From: Asterias rubens | Lineage: Eukaryota | Reading direction: 5' to 3' | DNA: 64,000 nt | Assembly: GCF_902459465.1 (NCBI RefSeq) | Contig: NC_047083.1 | Coordinates: 6,200,001-6,264,000 of the forward strand | Shown here: piece after piece, positions 1-11,499 of the stretch | How the letters are laid out: each line of letters opens with the position of its first letter | Numbering within the stretch: the stretch's first letter is position 1 | Translations under genes and position numbers: made by a program | The notes under the pieces: model-generated | What the model saw: the letters and a program-made list of their open reading frames with translations, nothing else | The model's database searches: none | What the model was told of the DNA's origin: nothing

Positions 1-339
1 TCCTTCTTGTCACATGATCTATAATATAAACCTGAAACAAGGATGTTTCCCTGATGTAATTCATGATGAATACAACATTTCTTATACAAACATTGATAGC
101 AGTTTGCTATACGTGCAACCTACCCATAACAAACTAATTTTCTGCAATAAGTTACACCATTACTCAAGTTTTATAATGAGTAGAGAGGTTTGAAAAGAAT
201 AACACTAAGTAACAATTAAGGAAAAACCTGAGAAGCCACAGGTATAACTGCAACTTGGGAAAAATTGCAGGAGTTTTCAGGATAGTATACGTGTACCTTT
301 TGAATGGTAAAGGACTATATTGAGTTGCTAATATTAAAT

Positions 340-600
340 TTGCATGGGGGGTAAAGAATATTAATTTTGGTTTACCTTTACATCAATGTGTTTAAGCACT
401 GTATACTCAGTACTTTCTTAAGTCCTTTATCTCGGGTGGGATTCGAACCAACAACCCTTGCAATTCTAGAGCATTGTATTACCAACTCTTGCCGTAATAG
501 AGCAGAGTCTTACATGTACCCCTAAGTCTAGTTGGTAAGACATTGCTCTACAATTGCAAGGGTCATGGGTTCTATATCCCAAATGCCTGGGATTTTTTTT
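340..600. repeat. dispersed repeat with two inverted tRNA-like segments
   Basis: 437-487 (tgggattcgaacc...cttgcaattctagagc...accaact) is the reverse complement of 530-581. The same family recurs at about 60950-61250. Confidence 0.65.
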
Positions 601-601
601 T

Positions 602-885
602 CATGGCAGCCTCTCTAGGTCTCTTCCAGCCAGGAGATGGTGCTAGGCCTCCCCTGGAGTTAATGGCGATGCTTAGAGCTTTTTCAGCTCGGATGTTGTC
701 AACTAGGGGAGCGACATGACTGAAGAAGGCAGAGCGGCAGCGTTGAATTAGCTGGTTGATGGGGGGCAGACATGTTCTTTGGGTGACCTCGTTGTTGACG
801 AGGTGGAACCACTGGATGCCGAGAATTGATCATTGACACCTCATGTGGAACGATTCTAGTCGATTGAGGTCAGATTTGAGGAAGG
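602..885 (-). mobile_element. RTE-clade LINE ORF2 C-terminal fragment (decayed)
   Basis: The minus strand reads FLKSDLNRLESFHMRCQ*SILGIQW...NEVTQRTCLPPINQLIQRCRSAFFSHVA...GWKRPR. This matches the RLxxFHxRC..ILGIxW / FGHVxR / WKRPRG pattern of RTE elements, with one in-frame stop. Confidence 0.75.
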
Positions 886-996
886 ACTAAACCCTCACAC
901 ACAGTGGTGTAAGGGTAAACTAAAATTAATACGTCTATATAATGATATTAACATTGTGCTAGTTTGATAATAGCTGAATGGAGTGACTCAACTAAC

Positions 997-1061
997 CTGC
1001 TAGAAGCTTATCTTCATCTTCCTCAAGACGCTTCTTCTCACTTGGTGTAAGGGAATCATAT
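997..1061 (-). CDS. MADD: MADD exon (last confidently placed in this window; gene continues leftward)
   Basis: (R)YDSLTPSEKKRLEEDEDKLLA(G) matches MADD RYxSL...RKRLEDDEDRLLA; ttcgtttcag acceptor, GTTAGT donor, phase 2 to 1. Confidence 0.88.
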
Positions 1062-1269
1062 CTGAAACGAATTACAAACATCTTTTAACACACTGATCAC
1101 AATTTCTTTCAAAGTTGAATTAAATCCATCAAACAAAGCTGTAAACTATTTCACTCAGCTATATTGTGATAATTGTTTACCTGTTCATATCATTGCACAT
1201 ACCAACAATGACCAATAGCAAGCAAGTGATTTCCTCCTCAATCAAGACATTAAACAAGTGACTGTAACA

Positions 1270-1515
1270 AATGGGTTTTAGTCCCAGTCATGACACTTGT
1301 GTCCTTAAGCAAGACACTTAACCATTGCTTGGTCCTTCGGATGGGACATAAAGCCATACATATACATGTAGGTCTCATGTGTTGTGTAACGCATGTCAAA
1401 GAACCCAGTGCGCTTATCGAAAAGAGAAGGGGTTCGCACCATTGTTACTGGCTGTGGCTGCTGTATGCGCCATGCACCTTGTAAACCCTTTTAAGGTGCT
1501 AAATAATTGGGTCTC
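1270..1515 (+). mobile_element. SINE with CORE-like central domain
   Basis: gacacttgtgtccttaagcaagacacttaaccattgctt...ggatgggac; related reverse-strand copies at about 24880-25085 and 56290-56545. Confidence 0.6.
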
Positions 1516-2989
1516 ACAATTCATCACTGCAATTACCTATCTTTCTGAAAGTTTGTATATATTCAGCATCTTACAGCACCGATTGAAAATAACTAGACGC
1601 CGTGCGCTAAATTTAGCGTGATAGAAATGCCTTGGTGCGATAGACTGTTGCGCCGCCTAACGCGTGGGTTTTATCGCGCCAGACAACAAAATGCATAAAC
1701 AGCCGTCGGCAATTAGTCGCACGTAGGCGGTACTCTTTCGCGACAATCTCCACGCGACAATCTCCACGCGAAAAATGCTGGACCATTTTTCTTGCATGGT
1801 TGCGTGAATGCTTGAGATGTGATTCATTGTTGTTCCCAGCTGAAAGCAACCACAGTTTACAGCCTATTACAGCTTTATTTGGAAGGAAAAAGCCGGTTTG
1901 ATTTGAAGAACTATTTACTGAAAAGAAGTTTGAAACTCTTGCGGCGTCACAAAGGAATTGTTGCTTATAGACAGCCCATTCCAAATGAACCAATGCACGA
2001 AAGTTCTATACAGTCACTTTTGTATAAACCTACCGCCTAAAAATAACCCAATAGGCAAGACTACGTCTTTATTTGGAAGGAGACAGCCGGTTTTATTGGA
2101 TGAGCTAGTTTCAGAAACAAGTATAAAAAGCTAGCGGCATCACATAGGAAGTGTAGGTGTCCTCTTTTGCCACTGTCCCCAGTGGATTAAATTCCCATCA
2201 ATGGGAAAGTCGGATCCCCCAAAAACCACACTTTTTAAGCAAAGCTTCTTAAATGTTTTACCAGCGGCATCTCAAAGGAACCGTTGAACAATGGAGCTGT
2301 CACTCATCTTATTGAAGGGTGTGCATTTTTTTGGTCGGGATAAATTTATAGTGGGGGGTTTGGCCCTGTGAGTTTTTTCAATTATGTGCTATAAAAAGGA
2401 AACATAAACTTGCTTTAACATAGTTCTTCAAAAGTAGGATGTCGTCTTACAGAAATAATTTATGATTACAAAGTCGACAGCCTGATAGAAGGATATTGCC
2501 TCCTTGATACGCTTTATCTTCTTGCTCTGATGCTGCAAAACGTATACGTAAGATGACATCATGAGACCAATTATGTCGGGATAAAAAACTCCTTGAAGTA
2601 GAATGTCATTTTCCAGATGCTGTTCAAATTAAATTCATGTTTAGTAAGATTGGACTCATATAATCTAGTCAAGGTAGTCGAACCAGTACAAAACTTTTAT
2701 AACATCAACATAATTAGAATTTAAGTAGGATTTTAAACTTGTGCATGGTGGAAAAACGATATAGAAAGGTTTGCGGTAACACCATGTGATGAGTTTGAGG
2801 TGGTTCTGAAAAGAACCGTTGGTTTTCAACTTTGAATTTAAATGTAACTCTTGTTACCATAAGTAAAACAAAAAATCATCAAACAAATGCCAATAAAAAA
2901 ATTATGAAAAGTAACTAAATTCAGGAAAAAACCCATTGTTCTAGAGAGGCAGGCAAAAATGTTCAACCACGTGATTCTTTCAACAGCAA

Positions 2990-5900
2990 GGTAAATAACA
3001 ACCCGTACACACGTATAGAAATAGGTGGAGTAAAACCTTGGCTGTCAAATTGAAAAGAAAGCAAGTTGACGGTCGGTCACTACTCCTTAAAGTGGCCGTG
3101 CTCATGCACCATCCTCTGACCATGGCAACACTGTTGGTAAGAAACTTTCCAATGCTTATGGGCCTTGCCGCGGGAATTATTTCAGCAAGCAAGCGCGTAA
3201 CCCCAAAGGACAGAATTCAGAACCACAGAATCAATCAAATACGTCGTTTATCTTTTCGGAATGTGCAGATTTACTTGAAGGCTTAACAATCAAGAAATTC
3301 CAACTGCAGCGGCATCACACAGGAATAAGTTTTCTTTGAAGACTAAGCTTTTTCAAGACGTTCTTTGGGGATTAATTTTTAGAAAAATTGAAAAGTTAAT
3401 GGAGAACAATTTCCTAAAAGGCCCTAATTCAAATATCAAAATAATCCCAATTCCCATAGGTCTTAGCATTTAAACGACAAATTATTGAAACGAAAGTTCT
3501 ATTTAAGTTATGTCATTTGAATACAATACCGAAACAGTGTTCGAAACGCTAAGACTGGCGTAGACTATTAAACTCTCAACTCTTATTATTTGCGGAATAA
3601 ATTCAATTGCCATGATTAAAGATTAAATTTTAATTAAATAATTAATTTAACTTTCGAACGAGTTTCATTGAAGGTTTCCTGGTTCATCAATAAAAACAAT
3701 TCTGAAAAATACTTATGTTTGAATTATCATTGTTTTAGAGCTTACGGATACGGAGGAGCATGGAAAAAACCTCACAAATTCGGCCTTAGGCATGAGGCAT
3801 GGACAATATGTTGAATAAAAAACCCCAGATATGTCCTCGGATTATTTAATAATTATTTATGCTACACGAAAATCAGTTTTGGGTTAAAAAGTTGAAGCTG
3901 CTAAGAAGAAAAAAAACACCATCAAATTTGTTCCAGCCTGCAATATTCTTGAAAAATTATGGTAGAATGATCATTTAAAACACAAAGGTAATTTTAACAA
4001 TACAACCTCATGCGTCACATCAAATTTTTCGCAGCAACGGAATCACTAAGGTAAGTTAAACAATATCTGAGTTCCACATACACGTTAAGCCAGGGTAAAA
4101 ACTAACCTGTCAAATTGTTTTCGATCCGCACATACTTGAACAAAACAGTATGCAATGAAACGAAAGCCAGTCGGTAAGAGACTATTGCAGAGTGGCCGTG
4201 CTCTTGTAGGCACTGACCACTGACCATGACAGCACTGTTGCTAGGCGGCGTAAGAACCTTTATAAAGCTTTTGGGCCTTGCCGCGGCAATTATTTCATAA
4301 AGAAAGCGGTAGGCCCCAAATGACAGAAGTCCGATCAACAGAATCAACCAATTACGTCTTTATTTTGACGGAATCGGCAGATTTGTTTGAAGGCTAACAA
4401 TGAAGAAATGCTGAACTCCAGCGGCATCACAAAGGAATCGTGTTTCTCTGAAGATGGACCTTGTTACCCACCCCCAGGTTTGAACGCGGTGAACATCAGA
4501 AAAAGTGTCAATCACTTGGGAAACATATAGAGGGGACTTTTTTAAGACCTACCAACCATTCTTTGGGGATTAATTTCGGGGGAAACTGGCAAGTTAATGG
4601 AGAATAATTTCCTGAAAGGCCCTAATTCAATTATCAAAATAATCTCAATTCCTATATAGCTCTTAGCATTTAGGAGAAAAATTATTGAAACGAAAGTTCG
4701 ATTGAAGTTATGTCAGTTGAAGACAATACCGAAACAATGTTCGAAACGCTCAGACTGGTGGAGACTATTAATCTCTCAACTCTTTTTACTGTTTGTGGAA
4801 TAAATTATTGTCTCTGCTTTTTTCAATGGCCCTGATTAAAGAAGATATTTATATTAAAGGGTTTACTTGTTTCTCAATCGAGTTTCATTGAAGGTTCCCT
4901 GGTTCATAAATTAATCAAAATAATCCCAGTTCAAATATAGCTCGTAGCATTTAAAATAAAAATTATTGAAAGGAAAGTTTGATTTAAGTTATGTCAATTG
5001 TACACAATGAAACAGTGTTCGCAACGCTCAGACTTGCTTAATCTCTCAACTCTTCTTATTATTTGTGGCATAAAACCGCTCTGCTTTTTTTCAATGACCC
5101 TGATTAAAGATGACATTTTAATCTAATAATTTATTTAACTTTCGAACGAGTTTCATTGGAGGTTTCCTGGAAGTTATCAATAAAAACAATTTGGAGGAAC
5201 GTCCACTGTTTTGCGGAAAAATACTAATGTTTGGATTCTTTTTGTAGAGCATATGGATAAGGAGGAGCTGGGAAAAAACATCACATATTCAGCTTTAGAC
5301 ACGAGGCATTCACAACATGTTGAATAAGAAACATATTTCCTCGGATTGTTTTATAATTGTTTATACTGTATCAAAAATAACTTTTGGGTTTAAAAGTTGA
5401 AACTGCCAAGAGGCGGAAAAAACACAATCACAAATTGCAACCTGCGCTATTCTTGAAAAGTTATGTAGATTGATCAGTTACAATACAAAGGTTTTTGTAA
5501 CAATACAATCGCATGCGTCACAGCAAAATGTAAGCGGCAACGCTCCGATCCGTAGCAGCACTGTTGCTGGAATCGGTTAATACAAAAATACCGAACATAG
5601 TGTGCAGGGTAAAACCGTTACCTGCCAAATTGTTTTCGAGCCGCACATTTGAACAAAATAGTAATGCATTAAAAAAAACAGTCAGTCAGAGACTCTTGCA
5701 GAGTGGCCGTGCTCTTGTAGGCACCTTCCTCTGACCATGGCAACACTGTTGCTAGGTGGCGTAAGAACCTTTCCAAAGCTTATTGACCTTGCCGCGGCAA
5801 TTATTTCATAGAGAAAGCGGCGTAGGCCCCAAAATGACACAAGTCCGATCCACAGCGTCAACAAACTACGTCTTTATTTTGACGGAATCGGCAGATTTAT

Positions 5901-6150
5901 CTGAAGGCTTTACAATAAAGAAACTCCAAACTAGAGCAACATCACAAAGGAATCGTGTTTCTTTGATGATGAACCTCGTTACCCCCCCCCCACACTTTGA
6001 ACGCGGTTCAAAGTGTCAATCACTTCAGGAAAATCTACCATCGCGGACATTAATAGACAGAAATATTTTTAAGGGGTAAAAATATACATGTGGATCTACT
6101 TCGGGGAAACCAGACCAGGTAACAGAGATTAGTTTCCTAAAAGGCACTTT
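2990..6150 (+). repeat. diverged tandem modules of about 1.06 and 1.5 kb (third copy truncated) inside the TIR element
   Basis: Shared blocks recur, e.g. gtggccgtgctc (about 3092, 4193, 5703), ccttgccgcgg and tttcctaaaaggc. An internal duplication lies at about 4630-4790 versus 4915-5050. Confidence 0.85.
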
Positions 6151-9100
6151 TTAATAAGTTATAAAAAGTCCGATCGACAACAGTTTCTAAAGAAAACGTA
6201 ATATTTATTGTAATAGCTGTATACATGTAAGCAACTTAGGATAGGATGTGTAACGTATTCTGTGCCGTTCATGAGAAATATGAACAGGTTATGATCAAGC
6301 CTTTGACTTGAAATAAACGCAACTTATAATAAACGCAACGGACAATACACATATTACATGACCCGGCCGAGTTCTATAACCTTAAGCTAAGCAAAACAAA
6401 AACTGCGCTTACAGGGTGCTTCGCCTAGCGTCTATAATAGCGTATTTTCACGAATTGGTTTTAGCATAGCTCTAAGGTTTATAGCAACAGTGTTTTGCTT
6501 GTGTGCTTGCGTTCTCCAAGTTTTTACTAGGCATTATTTGCCTACATAAAACGAGGACCAAAAGTGGACAACCCTTTTCTCGAAATCTGATAGAGTTAAC
6601 AGAAATGGGGCGCTTGTACAAAAGGCGGAGAATGGTGATGCAAGTTTTGCCGGCGGTAAGCAGAGCCATAAAATTTGGCATGGACTCTGCGTTGAGGAGT
6701 TCACCCACACAAGACCAAATTCCTTATTAAAACGGAAAATACTGGGTATGAAATAAACTCAAGAAGCCTGTACTAAGAAACATTGGTTGAATCTAAGCAA
6801 GATCTGAGATGATTATTATTTTTTTATTTATTATTATAAGCATCAGTTTCTGCTGAACAGCGATTAATTAATTAATTTCGATAGAGTTGAACGCAACAAC
6901 AATAGAAAACACATAGTTACGGGAGCAGTAAATGTTTAATTGCGTCAAAAAAGGTCATGACATAACATTGTGGTTTGAGAATTGTCGGACTTGGCTACGA
7001 TCCAGTGATAATTTTGTAATGTATCTGTTTTTATTAATAGTACAGAACCTTATTCCCCCCACGCGATAATTCCCAATTGATCTTAATGATAAGCATTAGC
7101 GCTAAATTAATGGATTACACGCGCTAAATTAATTATTCCACATGAGATGGAAGAGCGAGTTGCGGGCGATTTTTATTACTCACCGCCACTAACCCCCCCC
7201 CCAGTAATGTGTAGGCAATACGAACTGTTTGCAGTCAAACTATGTACCCTTGGCTTACACTTTGGGGTTCTACATACACCGATCTATACTGGTGCACCCC
7301 CCCCCCCCCCCCCGGCAAAAACATAAATAACTGAGGTGTGTATCTTATACGAAAGTTAAAGTCGCCGGTGATGATGATTTCCGATGGATGAAGCAGATAT
7401 TCCAAAATCAAAGGAATCTGCTGTTTTATGTGTAGGCTTATAAAATAAAGAAACTCCAAACCACAGCGGCATCACAGAGGTTGTTGTGACTGGTGCCCAC
7501 TAAATTCTAACTCAGCAAAGAATGTGTCAAGCATTAGTTTCTTGATGAAAAAAGGCGTTTTGATTCAACACTAGCTGGCAGATTCGAATACGCCGTCATT
7601 ATTTACTGCACAGACCTTTACTGCACAGACTGCATACGAACATTGTGCACACGTATTATCCACACATTATACACACACAACTAGATTTCATTATCGATTT
7701 TTTTGAAATGAAAATAACCCTATACATTGTGTGTGTAGGAAAACATCCATTTTGTTATGTTAGATCAGTAGCACTTTTTTACTGCGCTACGTACGTGCAA
7801 ACTGTTGTACAATCTAGACGTAGATTCTCAAAACACAATCTCGTATGAGTGGAAATCAGAATGCTTTAGGGACGGACATCAATGGACACACCTATACATT
7901 TTCAAATATTTTATTGAAATTTGAAGTAACTATTCTCATATAAATTATTAACAATGAACAGCAACGGTTTGCATGAATTGTCAAAAATTTCAACTTGTTA
8001 ATACACTCTGAAAAAGGAAGCAAACTCGTCAAAAGTATGTGGTAAGGGGTTTGTTTGAGACGTATAGGTGAGGGACCCTCACTTTATACATCCCATCCGA
8101 GGGAGAAAATAAAATCGTCCTTAATCATGTTCAACATTTTATATACATAATAGGATGTTTGTATTACCATTTCACGTTCAAAACTTATAGGTATTTTATG
8201 TTCCTTTTGCCAATCCCTCGCGCTTTCATGACGTGCTTTCAATTTCAGCGATTTGTGGCTAATGGCTCGGTATGGTGTGGTTTTTAAATGTTTTAAATGT
8301 GCAACTATAATCTAATAATGGAAGCTAGTTATTCTTCTTCAAAGAGGGTTCAAATTCATAATATAATAATCACAGAAATATGCTAAGCACAGAAAAACAA
8401 TTGCTTAGCAGACACAGTGTACCAGCCAAAATTCCATAAAATTGACATCGTTGCAACTTGTGCCCACTCATTTTTTGCTTTTATACAGCAAAGAATTTAG
8501 CTAAGCAGTGTTTTCTCGCCTAACAGCTTTACTTAATTGTGTCCGTTTTTTTAATTATACATATATACCTTTTGAACGATAGATGGGTACATTATGGGGT
8601 GCTGGCTTGGTTGTTTGTATGGGTTTTAAAAATGTATATATTAATGTTTTTGCCTATTTTCATAGTACTTTTGCCCGAGTTGCTCAACAGTAACTGCTCG
8701 TTGGTTTAATAATTTAAAACAATGTTTTGATGTTGCTATTTTGATTGAATTTTTGTTTTTGTAGATTCGAGTAAAAAGCAAAAAACCCTTGAATTTTTCT
8801 TGAGTATAGCACGAGAAATCGTTGTAATAAGAGTCTAAAAGTTGTTGCCCATCAGCCGTGTCAATTTTTTTCTTTCTTTTGGTAAGCGCTTTGCCTATTC
8901 GCCTGCAATGCGAAATTTGTGTAGGTTTATAGATCGGGCCATGGAAATTAAAATACACACAGTGATCCCCCACATAGAGAGAGCTACACTGAGGATTTAA
9001 CTTTAAACAGAGCGTTTGCGTATGACACGCTGGCTGTGGTTTGTTACAATGTATTACTTCACCTGGCAGATTCTGTTTTAAAACTTGACAGTCTTTTAAA

Positions 9101-9329
9101 CATGCGCGTATTATATTATCCACACAGTACAGTCAGCTTTCATTATCGATTATTTTGCTCTCCTCTTTGTTTAGAGAGCAAACTAATTCTACGAGCAGTG
9201 TGCATATCCGCATAGTGTATACGTTTGGTATATGACTTTTAAAAACGGCAATACTAAACTTACGTTGTAATGGTAGCAGGAACCTTTGTCGGAGACTAAA
9301 TCAAAAATACGACTTTGATTTTTTTTTAC

Positions 9330-11140
9330 TTGTTAATATTTACGGTCAAGCTTTAATCCACGGAACTGAAGAGGGAGAGTTACGGATGTACGATCGCTAG
9401 CCTGGGTAATTTTTAAACCAAATTTGAAACGATCTTTGGATAGTTTTAGTCCTTCAGTAACCAAAGACAAAACAGGAGCGTCAAATATATCCATTTTGAC
9501 CAAAATAAACAGCAATGGTTAAAAAAAAAAAAAATCACATTGATTGTCATAATTAATCTATTGAAAGGGTTGTATTGGGTACGATCGCTACAGTAATGTT
9601 ATCATCCTCAAACGGATATCATTATAAATTTAATATACATGGGAGATTCACATTAATCCGTTTGGCTTTACTTAAATAAAAATGAGGTCAACATCATCAA
9701 AAGTTCAACCCTTATTCGTATATTATCCATAGCTGAAAATTTGTATTTTGGTAAACAGGGGGTGTGGATATAAGAAAACAAAATCGACTTCAATTATTCA
9801 TAATGTTAAGATAACTTGACCAAAAGTGTAAATTATTATTATTCGTCGCCGGGCGGGCGGACACGAAAAATATGGATTGCGATTTGTTTCAATATTATTT
9901 TAGTGTGGTTTTAAAACCAAAGACGGCACCAGAACAAAATTATGTTAAATAAATCTTTAATGAAAAAATATCGCCCGAGGTTAATTATAATACACTTAAC
10001 TTTAAAGACTTACTTTGAACAAAATCAATTTACGGTCAGATGTTGATCCACGCGGTTCCGAAGAGGGAGACATACGGTCGCTAGAGTATTTTCAGAATCA
10101 AATTGACAACGATCTTTGGATAGTTTTCTAGTCCTTCATTAACCAAAGACATGAACGCAAAAAATTCCTTTGTGATACGTACATTTTTATCAATAAACGG
10201 CGATGGTTATTAAAAACAAGTATCTTTAAAACCGACTCAAAAACAAATTGTTAATATGATTGTCATGTGTATTAATCTACCGTACCGAAGAGGAAGGGTT
10301 GGGTACGACACTCTAGAGTAATTTTATCATCCACAAACGTAGCCGTATTTTACTTCTTCAATACACTTTATGGGAGATTCACAGCAATCCGTTTGCCTTC
10401 ACCTAAATATGAGGTAAACGTATATCCATACCTTAAAATTGTTTACGTTGCCGGGAGGGGGGGGGGGGGGGGGGAGCGGGTGTGATGAAACAAAATTGAA
10501 TTAAATTATATATTATTGTAAACTAAAAATGTTGTATGTTCGCCACCGGGCGAACACAACTACAATTTGTGTGGATTTTGATTGGTTTTTTTTCCAAGAA
10601 AAAAACAACGCCGCGATCCGCAATAAAATTAACCAACTAATAAAAATGTCCTGATGCTTGAAAAACGTCACCGCAAAGTCACTTACAGTTGCCCATTTGA
10701 ATATGTATACGCTTGCCTGTGCCGAACTAAATGTTAATATTTTAACAGTTTAATAGTTGGGCAATAACTTGTGATGGCGTTCCGCTTTTTGTTGGCATTA
10801 ATATTATTACTCAAAAATAACAAGTTGGACACAGATCAGATTTTCAGTAACAAAAGACAAACAACATTTCAAGCGTCAAATAATTTCCTTTGTGAAAAGT
10901 ACATTTTGTTATGCTCAAAATAAACATCCATTGTTAATTAAAAACAGGTACTTTTAAAACCGACTCTTAAACAAATTGTTAATATTGATAATATTGATAA
11001 TATTGATAATATTGATAATATTGATAACATTGATAATATTGTATTAATATTGTATTAGTCTACCGTACTAATCTACCGTACCGAAGAGGAAGGGTTGGGT
11101 ACCATCACTAAAGTAGTTTTATCGTCAACAAACGTAGTCT
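9330..11140. repeat. about 700-bp diverged tandem modules (about 2.5 copies) inside the TIR element
   Basis: tacggtca at 9341/10031; gatctttggatagtttt at 9431/10111; gggagattcac at 9641/10373; ccgaagaggaagggttgggtac at 10285/11081. A (aatattgat)n microsatellite sits at about 10981-11040. Confidence 0.85.
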
Positions 11141-11499
11141 AAGTCATTACTGGAGGCGATACCTATACACAAATCAAGACTGGTCATATTGCAAAACACA
11201 ATTTTCCAATTGGCTGTTAAATTTCCAATGTCATTTCAACTGGCATTAATTTGGCCAGGGGACCACCGAACCCAAAGAAAACCACAGAGACACCGCGCAA
11301 CCCAGCGGCTTGTCTTTTGAGGGAAAAAAAATGTATAACAAACTGGGGGGGGGGGGGGTTAAGATAAGACATGATTGGATCTCGATAAGAGTGTCAATCA
11401 TACTCACAGAAAATACGGACGCAAACTTCTTAACAGTTGAACCGTGGCTGAAATTGCCCAGGCGTATATCACGTCATCACACCTCAATCGAATGAATTC

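Noticed and set aside
1-31. Possible next MADD exon (ttgtttcag|GT TTA TAT TAT AGA TCA TGT GAC AAG AAG)
   Set aside because: The phase fits, but GLYYRSCDKK does not match the expected xLLHNLxxxM continuation, and the segment is cut by the window edge.
1613-1993. 126-aa minus-strand ORF overlapping the left TIR as a transposase
   Set aside because: It has no DDE/HTH motifs. The FLCDAA and LPNK words just reflect the repeated DNA boxes, and the frame between them is not kept in other copies.
9366-9430. CTGAAGAG...GAAAC as a hammerhead ribozyme
   Set aside because: No stem II or III pairing is evident, and the other copies have CCGAAGAG, which breaks the catalytic core.
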